From a candidate division Zixibacteria bacterium CG_4_9_14_3_um_filter_46_8 (lineage in GTDB: Bacteria > Zixibacteria > MSB-5A5 > UM-FILTER-46-8): 64,000 nt of DNA. Where the stretch lies: assembly GCA_002791595.1 (NCBI GenBank), contig PFXJ01000025.1:19880-83879 (forward strand), written 5' to 3'. A program made the position numbers and the translations under genes. The notes beneath the pieces were generated by a model. It was not told the DNA's origin and searched no databases. It saw nothing but the letters and a program-made list of their open reading frames with translations. Below are positions 29,727-39,434 of the stretch, piece after piece. The number at the start of each line of letters is the position of its first letter. Position 1 is the first letter of the stretch.

Positions 29727-31490
29727 TTACTTCATCAGAATCATGTGGCGAGTCTCCGAAATACCGTCAGCGGAGAATCGATAATAATAGACTCCCGATG
29801 TTTGGTTGGCGGCATTCCAGTTGACTGAATGCTCGCCGGCATTGAATCTACCGTCGGCAAGCACTGCCACTTTTTCGCCAAGTAGGTTGTAGATAGTCAG
29901 GTTAACATTGGCCGACCTCTCAAGAGTGAAGCTGACCACAGTTGATGCATTGAACGGATTTGGATAGTTCTGATTCAAATTAAATGTCGAGGGAACCGTT
30001 CCATCTTCATTCACCGAAGAGATCGGGGACGGATTGGGGAAGGCATAATAACGAACTGGATTCTGAGTCATCATACCTTCGGTTTGGACAATGCCGCCCG
30101 CATCCTTATCTTCGATATAAGAGATATACAGGAATTGATTATCCACTTCCTTCGCCATCGAGGACCAATGGTCGCTAAAGCAATCTCCAGGCTGACAACC
30201 TTCACTTGGCGAATTGGTTACGTTTTGAGCTTCCGACCAGGTTGCGCCGCCATCAGTCGAATATGATAAATATAATTCGCCATTGGACCATCCCCCTGCG
30301 GAGACATCAATGTCGTCAAATTCGGTCCACAGGGCGTATAAGGTCGCGCCATACGGGTTGGCAGAAATTGACATCTTGCTGGCAGAACGGTTCCATGCAC
30401 CAGGGAAGGATGCATGCCAGGCATCACGAACCAGGGTTATTCCGGTAGCTTCAGACCAGTGGAATAGCAAGCAAGCATCCACTGTAATGAAGCCGCTATC
30501 CGCATTATAATATGGCGCATTCCACAGAATGTGCAAATTGCCTTCATAATCGTAGGTGGCCGCCACATCGGTGTAGGCGCGCAATGTATCTTCCCAAACA
30601 TAATTGGTCACATTGGTTTTGCTATAGTGGCCCCAATTGGTGTCATCAGTGGTCTCGATATAAACGACATCATTATTATATTGATTGGCGGTCGGTTCAT
30701 CACCTCTCGGTTGAGTGTAAACGATGGCGCATTTCCCATCAATCGGCGAGGATACAACCACTCCAGCGAGATCCATCACAGAGTCCGTATAAGATGCCAA
30801 ACTGGAGAAATTGGCGCCCATGTCTGTCGAAAATGTATGCCCGGTAGCCTGTGCTCCCGTGGTCGTTTCTGTATTTATAACCTGGATGTTCCCGTTGTAA
30901 TCGTAGGTAACATAGGGCCAAATCAGGGCGCTTTCAGCAGGCAATGTACTGGGGACATCGGTAACAGTGAACAGGCCCAGTCCGCATCCAGCATCAACAG
31001 CGACTTTGCATTGGATGCCGTTTTCGTGCCATACTATGATAGCTTCACCGGTTTCGGTCTTCTCAGTGATTTGACAATAACCAGCTCTGGTGCCGGTGGA
31101 GGCGGGAGTTCCGGTATCGCCCCAGCCGGGTGTTCCCGATTGATCGATATAATTATAATAGATATCCCTCTGGCCTGAGTAATCCTCTATCCCATTCATC
31201 CAGGCAATATGGACACCACAGTCATGCTTGGCAATCCTATGGCCGGATGAACCATTGGTCTGATAATCGTAATAGGTCCCACCGATTATTATTCCCGGCG
31301 AATCTAAGGTGAGACTTGGTTGATAGGGAACCCCGGGACCTGAATTGTAGCTGGGTTGCTGTTCATCAGGGATTCTTTCCTTCGCCTGAGCGTCTTTAAT
31401 CTTTACTTTAGTCACTCCAGCATAAAGGTCGCTGCTGAACATAACCACTACTGCCGCCAGAATTAAAATCGGCAAAAGCTTTCTTAACAT
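29727..31490 (-). CDS. Secreted BNR/Asp-box repeat protein with a T9SS C-terminal sorting domain (paralog 2)
   Basis: Start at MLRKLLPILIL with an AGGAG RBS. Asp-boxes STDMGANF and STDGGATW. C-terminal LNQNYPNPFNASTVV...IYNLLGEKV...SGVYYYRF...MILMK. Extensive identity to paralog 1 (GGTYYDYQTNGSxGHRIAKHDCGVH, GCGLGLFT, SFPGAWNRSASKMS). Confidence 0.7.
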   Translation of the reverse strand: MLRKLLPILILAAVVVMFSSDLYAGVTKVKIKDAQAKERIPDEQQPSYNSGPGVPYQPSLTLDSPGIIIGGTYYDYQTNGSSGHRIAKHDCGVHIAWMNGIEDYSGQRDIYYNYIDQSGTPGWGDTGTPASTGTRAGYCQITEKTETGEAIIVWHENGIQCKVAVDAGCGLGLFTVTDVPSTLPAESALIWPYVTYDYNGNIQVINTETTTGAQATGHTFSTDMGANFSSLASYTDSVMDLAGVVVSSPIDGKCAIVYTQPRGDEPTANQYNNDVVYIETTDDTNWGHYSKTNVTNYVWEDTLRAYTDVAATYDYEGNLHILWNAPYYNADSGFITVDACLLFHWSEATGITLVRDAWHASFPGAWNRSASKMSISANPYGATLYALWTEFDDIDVSAGGWSNGELYLSYSTDGGATWSEAQNVTNSPSEGCQPGDCFSDHWSSMAKEVDNQFLYISYIEDKDAGGIVQTEGMMTQNPVRYYAFPNPSPISSVNEDGTVPSTFNLNQNYPNPFNASTVVSFTLERSANVNLTIYNLLGEKVAVLADGRFNAGEHSVNWNAANQTSGVYYYRFSADGISETRHMILMK

Positions 31491-31781
31491 TTTTAATCTC
31501 CTATACGTTAGTTTACCCAATGATTTTGATTTTAAACATCGAAATTTTCTACCTGCAACCTCCTTTCCTCACAAAAAATAACTTAACCCTCAACTTGCTT
31601 AATCAATGCTCTCATTTTATTTGCCAAATGGTGATTACCAATTAACTGTGCCATCTGCTAACAATAGTAAATATCGGCTTGAAACCGGATATTTCCTACC
31701 CTTATTATTTGCATAATTGTTTCCAAAAATCAAGTCATATATGATTATATAGCAAATTTTATTTTTCAGGGTTCCCATTTT

Positions 31782-32744
31782 CTATGTATCCAGAGGGGTC
31801 GGGTCATCAGCTGACTCATAATCGGTTGCGGCTCCTTCCGGAGCCGCAACCTGGAATTGAGTAATGTTTACTGCCGATTGATAGTCCCAGGTTCCGCCAT
31901 CGAGAGATTCAATATAACCCACATCCTGATTTATCTGACCCGGAGTGCCTCCGCTGGCCGCGGGCATCGTAAATGCCAAAGCGACTTTGTCATCAACCGG
32001 CGAAGCAGTAACCATTGCAGAAAGGTCGTAAGAATCGTCCATGAATATATTCATCTCACTCCAGCTCACGCCCATATCAGTTGAAATGGTATGAGACAAA
32101 TATCCGGGATCTCCGGCATTCGTCTTTTGCTCGCCATTTATGAGGTGAATTCGTCCTTGATTGTCATAAGCGATATAGGGCCACAGGAATTGGTTGCGAG
32201 CCGGATATTGGTCAGGGGGATCAAAATGAGTGAATAAGCCGAAGCCGCATCCGGCATCCACCGAGAGAATGGTACGTACATCCGCAGTGTTATGATATGC
32301 GACCAGGCCATTCCCGGAAGCATCGACATCCATCTGGCAATACCCTGCTCCCTGGAGAGCTGAAACCGCAGTACCGGTTTCTCCAAATTGGAGGGTACCA
32401 GAAGGATCCATAAAATTATAATAGACCCAGCGATTGCCGCTCCAGGCGCCGATTCCATTCATCCAGACAAAATGCACGCCGCAGTCGTGCTTCACAATCC
32501 GGGTACCGATGGACCCATTGCTCTGAATATCATAATGGGTCGTGCCGATCAGCACATTAACTGTGTCTGCATCCGCCGGCGAATAAGGCAGGCCCGGCGC
32601 AGGAACATAATCAATTTTGGATTCATCCGGTACCGGCACGACATAATCACTTATGGGCACTTTCCTGACGCCATCCGCAGCGGCAACCGAGCCCAAGGCG
32701 CAGATCAAAATCAGCGCAGTCAAAATTAACAGATTCCACTTCAT
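31782..32744 (-). CDS. BNR/Asp-box repeat secreted protein, truncated paralog 3 (no T9SS sorting domain)
   Basis: Signal peptide MKWNLLILTALIL with an AAGGAG RBS. Shares the N-terminal ~300 aa with paralogs 1 and 2 (GTTHYDIQSNGSIGTRIVKHDCGVH, STDMGVSW, SLDGGTW). Ends where the others continue for another ~270 aa. Confidence 0.6.
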   Translation of the reverse strand: MKWNLLILTALILICALGSVAAADGVRKVPISDYVVPVPDESKIDYVPAPGLPYSPADADTVNVLIGTTHYDIQSNGSIGTRIVKHDCGVHFVWMNGIGAWSGNRWVYYNFMDPSGTLQFGETGTAVSALQGAGYCQMDVDASGNGLVAYHNTADVRTILSVDAGCGFGLFTHFDPPDQYPARNQFLWPYIAYDNQGRIHLINGEQKTNAGDPGYLSHTISTDMGVSWSEMNIFMDDSYDLSAMVTASPVDDKVALAFTMPAASGGTPGQINQDVGYIESLDGGTWDYQSAVNITQFQVAAPEGAATDYESADDPTPLDT

Positions 32745-32842
32745 CCTTAACTCCTTTGGTTTAGAACTGTGCAAAGACGATCGTCCTTCAGACGCAGATT
32801 CCCCTTGTTGCAGTCATATTACAATAATGAGCAATCTCACAT

Positions 32843-33757
32843 TCAGCCATTTGTCCGAATGGCATCTCTGGGGCTGATTCCAGGAAATCCTTCTTCCATG
32901 AAATCCACCCGAAACTGCCGCGAAAATGCATCGATGATATTATTCTCAATATTATCGGCATCAATAGGATTCACTCCATCTGCGTCAAAGATCTCGCTCA
33001 AATTGGTTACTATTCCTTCCATTCTTTTCAATAATTGCTCCTTAACCTCCTTCCTACTAATAGCCAGAAAGTTAACTATTTTGGTCGTGCCATAGGATAA
33101 TTGTATACTGCCATGTTGAAGAAATGTGCGCTTTTCACACCGTTGCGCCGAACCGACCAGCTTTTTCCCCCAGTATGAAATTTCATCACCAGTAACAGTA
33201 CCGAAACAGGGCTTTACATCAGTTAAATTGTAGCCGTTAGAGTGATGGAGATTAGTTTTAAAGCCATCTCGGCTAAGGCCCGAAGCAACCAAACCGGATA
33301 TTATCGCACTATGTATATCAGCGCACCGCTCCCGGATCGCCTTAAAGGAATTGCCTCCAACCCCCATATTTCCCACAACGCTGTAAGAAAGATCATATCC
33401 GTGAAGCAATTCACGGCCTCCGGTCGGACGCTGGACAATATCAATGCCAAAATCCCGGCACTTCTGAAAATCAATGATTTTTTCAATGTTCCGTTGGTTC
33501 ATGCCATAGGAGATTGTGGGCCGTTGCCAGCCAAAGAAGCGCAAGGTGGGTTTTCCTGTCCCAGACTTCATTTCCTCATACAGCCTCCTATCAATATCCA
33601 TATTGACCTGCCCTGGGAGCGCTCTGAATTTGATAAGCTGCCAACTGCTTAAAAATGTTTCCTTCATCTCTGGGGAGCAGTCTAAAATCACAGGGTTTAA
33701 GTCATAAGCGATCAGGAAATGATTAGGGATCAACCCCGCACACGATGCGAAATGCAT
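32843..33757 (-). CDS. Lipoate-protein ligase / octanoyltransferase family protein (BPL_LPL catalytic domain)
   Basis: RPTGGRELLHG and the KKLVGSAQR lysine motif are characteristic of the LplA/LipB catalytic domain. Confidence 0.6.
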   Translation of the reverse strand: MHFASCAGLIPNHFLIAYDLNPVILDCSPEMKETFLSSWQLIKFRALPGQVNMDIDRRLYEEMKSGTGKPTLRFFGWQRPTISYGMNQRNIEKIIDFQKCRDFGIDIVQRPTGGRELLHGYDLSYSVVGNMGVGGNSFKAIRERCADIHSAIISGLVASGLSRDGFKTNLHHSNGYNLTDVKPCFGTVTGDEISYWGKKLVGSAQRCEKRTFLQHGSIQLSYGTTKIVNFLAISRKEVKEQLLKRMEGIVTNLSEIFDADGVNPIDADNIENNIIDAFSRQFRVDFMEEGFPGISPRDAIRTNG

Positions 33758-33814
33758 AGATTCATATTATTGTGTTATTTCAAGTATGTCAAGCATTTCG
33801 TAAGCGCAAACGAC

Positions 33815-34591
33815 TCAAATGATCTTCTCTCTTTTAAGTCTCGCAATCAATTCCTCGGCCTGCTCTTGAGGAGTATTCCCCTTGATCATCTCTCCCTGGG
33901 GCCGCGGCGCTGGACACTGGGCTCGCAATAGATGCGATGGGGAACTGGAGCCCACAGTCGAGGACTCAATGCCCAAATCAGCCAGCTTGAGCAATGCGAT
34001 CTCAGCCTTCTTGGCTCTCATCTTGCCCTTAAGAGAAGGCAATCGCGGCTCATTGATCTCCTTTACCACAGAGATGACCGCCGGAAGCGATGACTCCACA
34101 ACATCATAGCCATCTTCAGTAGCTCTCTCAACGACAACCATTTTCTCCGTTATTTCCCTTATTTTTTTCACGAAAAGTAGTTGGGACCAACCCAGATGAC
34201 CAGCAACCGCTCCCGCCATTGAAGATGAATCATCATCTACAGCTTGTTTGCCAAAGATGGCCATATCCATACCCCGGATCTTCCTAATTGCCGCCGCAAG
34301 AATCTCTGAAATAGCAGTTATATCCGAACCTTCAACCCCATTATCCCATACTCTGGTTGCATGGTCCATTCCCAGCGAGAGAGCTTCACGAAGGGCAAAC
34401 TCGCTATCTTCCGGGCCGAACGATAAAGCCATAGTTTCCCCACCGACCTTTTCCTTAATTCTGATAGCTTCTTCAATGGCATACATATCAAAAGGATTGG
34501 TCATTCCATTCCCGGAGGCAGAGACTTTCTCATTCTGGACCTTTATCTGGTCAATCTGGGGAACTTGCTTGACGCAGACCACGATATTCAC
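33815..34591 (-). CDS. etfB: Electron transfer flavoprotein beta subunit
   Basis: MNIVVCVKQVPQ N-terminus and EtfB/FixA fold throughout. Overlaps the upstream ACAD gene by 4 nt. Confidence 0.8.
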   Translation of the reverse strand: MNIVVCVKQVPQIDQIKVQNEKVSASGNGMTNPFDMYAIEEAIRIKEKVGGETMALSFGPEDSEFALREALSLGMDHATRVWDNGVEGSDITAISEILAAAIRKIRGMDMAIFGKQAVDDDSSSMAGAVAGHLGWSQLLFVKKIREITEKMVVVERATEDGYDVVESSLPAVISVVKEINEPRLPSLKGKMRAKKAEIALLKLADLGIESSTVGSSSPSHLLRAQCPAPRPQGEMIKGNTPQEQAEELIARLKREKII

Positions 34592-35772
34592 AATGCAATC
34601 TCCCTATTTTTATTTTTATTATATTCCTTGGTCAATTCGTTGGCGATAACCAATCTCTGAATTTGATTGGTGCCTTCATAGATTTGGATTATCTTGGCAT
34701 CCCGCATCATTTTTTCAACCGGATAATCTTTCATATACCCATAACCCCCGAAAATCTGAATCGCATCGACTGTGACTTTCATCGCCATATCAGACGACAG
34801 CAGTTTGGCCATCGATGACAGTTTCGTCACATCGGTATAACCTCGATCAATGAGTCTGCACGTATGATAAAGCAACTGACGACAGGCCTCAATTTGCATC
34901 GCCATATCCGCCAGCATTAGCTGAATCGATTGAAAGCTGGAGATTTTCTGACCGAACTGCATCCGTTGCTGGGAATACGCCAGCGCTTCGTCCATTGCGC
35001 CTTGAGCTAAACCGACCGCCTGAGCCGCCACTACCGGCCGAGTCATATCGAAAGTTTGCATCGCCACGCGCAATCCCTGGCCCGGTTTTCCAAGAATGCA
35101 GTCCTGATGTACACGGCAATCCTCAAAAACCAATTCTCTGGTGGCAGAGGCGCGGATACCCAATTTGTTTTCCTTCTTGCCGGCGCTGAATCCGGGAGTT
35201 CCTTTTTCGACCAGAAACGCAGTTGCGGATCGAATCCCCCGTTCTTTATCAGTCAAGAATACAACCGTATTAATCTCAGCTTCCCCCCCATTGGTAATCC
35301 ATTGTTTAGTGCCATTAAGAATGTAATAGTCTCCATCTTTGATGGCAGATGAACTGATGCCGGCGGCATCCGAACCGGCTCCGGATTCGGTCATTCCAAA
35401 TGAGCTTACAATCTCACCTTTAGCAATCCGAGGGAGGTATTTGCGTTTCTGGTCCTCATTGCCAAATAAGATTATCGGGTACGTTCCCAACAAAGTTCCC
35501 TCGAATACCAGGGCTATACCCGAACAGATGCGAGCCAATTGCTCGGTTACCAGGATTCCGGAAAACAATCCTTCGCCCAAACCGCCATAATTCTCGGGGA
35601 TGTAACTTCCGAAAAGATCGGCATCCGCAAGGTGCCTGGCAATATCCCAGGGATAAATCCCCTTTTCGTCGTATTCGGCTCGCACCGGTTTCACTTTTTC
35701 AACCGCGATTCGGTAGGCAAGATCTCTAATTTCCTTTTGCGTTTCAGTCAAAAAATATTCCATAATCTTCAC
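34588..35772 (-). CDS. Acyl-CoA dehydrogenase (short-chain/butyryl-CoA dehydrogenase-like)
   Basis: ACAD N-terminal, middle and C-terminal domain signatures, with the catalytic Glu region YEGTNQIQRLVIA. Confidence 0.85.
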   Translation of the reverse strand: MKIMEYFLTETQKEIRDLAYRIAVEKVKPVRAEYDEKGIYPWDIARHLADADLFGSYIPENYGGLGEGLFSGILVTEQLARICSGIALVFEGTLLGTYPIILFGNEDQKRKYLPRIAKGEIVSSFGMTESGAGSDAAGISSSAIKDGDYYILNGTKQWITNGGEAEINTVVFLTDKERGIRSATAFLVEKGTPGFSAGKKENKLGIRASATRELVFEDCRVHQDCILGKPGQGLRVAMQTFDMTRPVVAAQAVGLAQGAMDEALAYSQQRMQFGQKISSFQSIQLMLADMAMQIEACRQLLYHTCRLIDRGYTDVTKLSSMAKLLSSDMAMKVTVDAIQIFGGYGYMKDYPVEKMMRDAKIIQIYEGTNQIQRLVIANELTKEYNKNKNREIAL

Positions 35773-36935
35773 TTTTGCCGGGCGAATTCTTTGGTCATTT
35801 CGGTGGCAATCACCAAACGCTGAATTTGATTAGTCCCATCATAGATTTGAGTAACCTTCGCATCCCTCATCATCTTCTCAACGGGGAATTCCTTCATATA
35901 GCCATATCCGCCGAATATCTGAACCGCGTCAGTAGTGGCTTTCATTGCAATATCAGAGCAAAGCACTTTACACATAGATGCCAGTTTAGTGACATTCTGT
36001 TCACCGCCATCGATAAGACGACAAAGATGATAGAGGAGTAATCGCGAGGCTTCGATTTGGGCCGCCATATCAGCCAGCATTATCTGAATTGCCTGAAAGC
36101 TCGAAATTTTCTGTGCAAATTGGATTCTTTGCTGGGCATAGGCAACAGCTTCATCTAAGGCCCCTTGAGCTATGCCCAATGCCTGAGCCGACATCCCCGG
36201 ACGACTGGCAAAATCAAAAGCCTTCATCGCCACCCGGAATCCCTGACCGACTTTACCGAGCATTTGATCCTGGTGAATCCTGCAATCCTGGAAAATAAGG
36301 CTCCGGGTTGTGGAAGCACGAATTCCCATCTTATTATCCTTGGGGCCGAAAGTGAATCCCGGTGTGTCCTTATCAACTATGAAAGCAGTCGCCGATCGGG
36401 CTTTTCTTTCGACATCGGTAATGAAAACAACCACATAAACTTCAGCCTCTCCAGCATTTATTATCCATTGCTTGACCCCATTCAATACATAATGATCCCC
36501 GTCCTGGATGGCGGTGGATTTGATGGCGGAAACATCGGAACCGGCTTGCTTTTCCGTGATGGCAAATGCCGCAATTTTCTTGCCACTGGCTATCTCCGGC
36601 AGATATTTATTCTTCTGCTCATCGCTTCCAAAGAGGATAATCGGAGTAGTGGCGAAAGCATTGGCCGAGTAAGCTAATGCGATCCCTCCGCAGGCGCGGC
36701 CTAATTGCTCGGTTATCAGAGCGGCCGAAAAGATACCCTCCCCCAATCCCCCATATTCCTTTGGTATGTAACTCCCATAAAGATTGGCATCAGATAGGTG
36801 TTTAATAATATCCCAGGGGAAAATTCCCTTTTCATCATATTCTGCCCTGACAGGTTTCACTTTCTCATCGGCGATCCGGCGAGCCGATTCCCTGATCTGG
36901 TTTTGAGTTTCAGTCAATAGATAGCGCATAGTCAT
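35769..36935 (-). CDS. Acyl-CoA dehydrogenase (tandem paralog of the downstream ACAD)
   Basis: Highly similar to 34588-35772 across its length (LTETQxxIRxxAxRIAxEKVKPVRAEYDEKGIxPWDI...). 4-nt overlap. Confidence 0.85.
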   Translation of the reverse strand: MTMRYLLTETQNQIRESARRIADEKVKPVRAEYDEKGIFPWDIIKHLSDANLYGSYIPKEYGGLGEGIFSAALITEQLGRACGGIALAYSANAFATTPIILFGSDEQKNKYLPEIASGKKIAAFAITEKQAGSDVSAIKSTAIQDGDHYVLNGVKQWIINAGEAEVYVVVFITDVERKARSATAFIVDKDTPGFTFGPKDNKMGIRASTTRSLIFQDCRIHQDQMLGKVGQGFRVAMKAFDFASRPGMSAQALGIAQGALDEAVAYAQQRIQFAQKISSFQAIQIMLADMAAQIEASRLLLYHLCRLIDGGEQNVTKLASMCKVLCSDIAMKATTDAVQIFGGYGYMKEFPVEKMMRDAKVTQIYDGTNQIQRLVIATEMTKEFARQK

Positions 36936-36944
36936 ATCGGATAC

Positions 36945-37736
36945 CTAAAGCAATTTCAATTTCTGCATGGCCAGTTTCGCCGCATTTTGTTCGGCCTGCT
37001 TTTTGGAATGTCCTTTCCCTTTTCCCATTTCCTCCCCGACGATTTTAACCACAACATTAAATGTTTTCATATGCTCGGGACCACTTTCAGAAGCTACTTC
37101 ATACCGAGGGACACCCTTATTTCGGCTTTGAGTATATTCCAATAACCTCCCCTTGTAATTGACATACTCATCCCCAGCGATCAGACTCTCATGTCCTTCA
37201 AGAAGATGCATCCTGACGGCATTGCGCACAGGCTCAATTCCGTCGTCAAGATAAATCGCACCCAGTACCGCCTCATAAGCATCAGCAAGAATAGTTTTGC
37301 GATTCCTTCCGCCCGAATTTTGCTCTTCATTGCTCATAATTATGTATCTTCCCAGATCGATTTCCTGAGCTATTCGATAGAGGATCGCTTCACTTACAAG
37401 AAGACCCTTTATTTTTGTCAGCTTTCCTTCGCGGTAATCCGGGTAATTTGAATAAAGAAATTCGGAGATAACCATTCCCAGAATCGAATCGCCCAGGAAT
37501 TCAAGACGTTCGTTCGAAACGAAACCCTCTATTCCAATGTTGTTCTGAATCGACCGATGGCATAATGCCACCACTAAAAGCCGCCTATCCTTGAAAGCAT
37601 AATCGAACTCCTTTTCAAGTTCAGAAAGATTTTCTGGAGGTACAAGAGCGGGATCTAAATCATTCGCCCTTTCGGGAACGTGTTTTTGTGATGAAAGGAG
37701 GGCGGTTAACTTTGTGAAAAGAGTCATCAACACCAT
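36945..37736 (-). CDS. rnc: Ribonuclease III
   Basis: RNase III signature ERLEFLGDS and a C-terminal dsRBD. Sits at the end of the fab cluster as in many bacteria. Has a ~40 aa N-terminal extension. Confidence 0.85.
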   Translation of the reverse strand: MVLMTLFTKLTALLSSQKHVPERANDLDPALVPPENLSELEKEFDYAFKDRRLLVVALCHRSIQNNIGIEGFVSNERLEFLGDSILGMVISEFLYSNYPDYREGKLTKIKGLLVSEAILYRIAQEIDLGRYIIMSNEEQNSGGRNRKTILADAYEAVLGAIYLDDGIEPVRNAVRMHLLEGHESLIAGDEYVNYKGRLLEYTQSRNKGVPRYEVASESGPEHMKTFNVVVKIVGEEMGKGKGHSKKQAEQNAAKLAMQKLKLL

Positions 37737-37800
37737 GCGTTATAATCATCCTGGCGGCACTTGATCTTAATGGCTATGCGGCTCAGATTGATTCCGAGTA

Positions 37801-39042
37801 TTATACCTGATATTTCCTCAGGATTAAGGATGCGTTGTGACCACCGAAACCAAAAGAATTCGACAAGGCGACATTGATTTCTCTTTCGGTTACCTTGTTC
37901 GGAGAATAATCCAGGTCGCATTCGGGATCCGGGACACTGTAATTAATTGTAGGATGAACCTTGCCATCCCTGATGGATAAAGCGCAAACCAGCAACTCAA
38001 TGGATCCGGAGGCCCCAAGAAGGTGACCGATTGATGATTTAGTGGAATTCAAAACCATTTTATAGGCGTGATCCCCAAATACATTTTTGACTGCAACGGT
38101 TTCCGCAATATCGCCCAGTCCGGTGGAAGTACCATGAGCGTTGATATAATCCACCTCAGATGGATCCATCCCAGCATCCTTCAAAGCCATCCTCATAGCA
38201 TACGCGGCGCCCCGGCCATCTGGATCGGGCGCTGTCATATGATAGGCATCACCGGACATACCAAATCCGGCCACCTCCGCATATATCTTAGCGCCTCTTT
38301 TAAGGGCATGGCCTAATTCCTCGAACACGGCGATGGCGGCCCCTTCTCCCATAAGGAAACCATCCCTCTCCTTGTCGAAAGGACGACTGGCGGATTGGGG
38401 TTGGTCATTTCGGGTCGTCATAGCTTTGGCGGCGCAAAATCCTGCAACGGCAAGAGGCACTATGGCCGCTTCAGTTCCACCAGTAACAATAATATCAGCA
38501 TCGCCCCTTTGTATAATCCTGAGGGCATCACCCATCGCATGAGCGCCGGAAGCGCACGCCGAGACGGTGGAATAATTCGGTCCTCGCAAACCATATTTTA
38601 TTGAAACCAAACCTGCGGCCATATCGGAAATTATCATTGGCACCAAAAATGGAGAAACTCGTTGGGGTCCCTTTTGCAAAAGGATGGCATGTTGCTTGCT
38701 CAAAGAATCTATTCCGCAGACACCCGAACCAATGATAGTGCCAGCCATATCCTGATCGAACCCATCATTTAAAAAACCACTGTCCTCGATCGCCTCCTTG
38801 GCTGCGACTAGCGCATATTGTTGCGAAAGATCATAGCGGCGAATCTCTTTTCGGTCAAGGTAATTCCCGCCATCAAATCCCTTTAGTTCAGCCGCGATTT
38901 TAGTGATATAATTGGAAGTATCAAACCTCGAAATCAGGCATCCACCCGAACGGCCGGCCACTAATGCATCCCATGAATCCTGCACATTCAGGCCAAGCGG
39001 GGAAAGCACTCCCATACCCGTGATTACTATTCTTCGTTTCAA
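37801..39042 (-). CDS. fabF: 3-oxoacyl-ACP synthase II
   Basis: KAS II thiolase fold. Active-site Cys in SACASGAHA. Conserved GFGGHNASLIL C-terminus. Confidence 0.9.
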   Translation of the reverse strand: MKRRIVITGMGVLSPLGLNVQDSWDALVAGRSGGCLISRFDTSNYITKIAAELKGFDGGNYLDRKEIRRYDLSQQYALVAAKEAIEDSGFLNDGFDQDMAGTIIGSGVCGIDSLSKQHAILLQKGPQRVSPFLVPMIISDMAAGLVSIKYGLRGPNYSTVSACASGAHAMGDALRIIQRGDADIIVTGGTEAAIVPLAVAGFCAAKAMTTRNDQPQSASRPFDKERDGFLMGEGAAIAVFEELGHALKRGAKIYAEVAGFGMSGDAYHMTAPDPDGRGAAYAMRMALKDAGMDPSEVDYINAHGTSTGLGDIAETVAVKNVFGDHAYKMVLNSTKSSIGHLLGASGSIELLVCALSIRDGKVHPTINYSVPDPECDLDYSPNKVTEREINVALSNSFGFGGHNASLILRKYQV

Positions 39043-39149
39043 AATGACCTCAGCCGGTTATTCAGAGTTCTACGTTATTTCTTCGCGGGAAGCCGCGCAC
39101 GGTTTCTCGCGGAGACCCCGGATCACCCGGGGCAGATTAGTTTAAGCCA

Positions 39150-39389
39150 TCAAGCGGATGGGGCATTATTCTTAATATACTCTATGGCATCACTGACTTT
39201 GGTAATCTTTTCAGCATCCTCGTCAGGGATGGCCATTCCAAATTCCTCCTCAAGAGCCATCACCAGCTCTACAGTATCCAGGGAATCTGCTCCGAGATCA
39301 TCAAGGAACGATGCATCATCCTTCACTTGAGCCGGATCGACGCCTAACTGCTCAACTATGATATCTCTGACTTTCTGTTCGATTGACAC
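39150..39389 (-). CDS. acpP: Acyl carrier protein
   Basis: 79 aa with a [20 protein letters not shown] phosphopantetheine attachment site. Confidence 0.9.
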   Translation of the reverse strand: MSIEQKVRDIIVEQLGVDPAQVKDDASFLDDLGADSLDTVELVMALEEEFGMAIPDEDAEKITKVSDAIEYIKNNAPSA

Positions 39390-39434
39390 TGTTTACCTCT
39401 CTCTTAATTATGTGAATGATTCTCTATGATTATC

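Noticed and set aside
30531-31178. 215-aa antisense ORF inside BNR paralog 2 (and similar antisense ORFs at 27923-28348 and 32388-32729)
   Set aside because: Fully embedded antisense to a well-supported gene, with a repetitive I/G-rich translation. Typical spurious ORFs.
33758-34591. Whether the 304-aa gene next to etfB could be a divergent EtfA
   Set aside because: It lacks the EtfA FAD-binding C-terminal signature and instead shows LplA/LipB motifs (R-x-x-GG-x-x-x-x-HG, K-x-x-G-S-A-Q), so it is called a BPL/LPL family protein.
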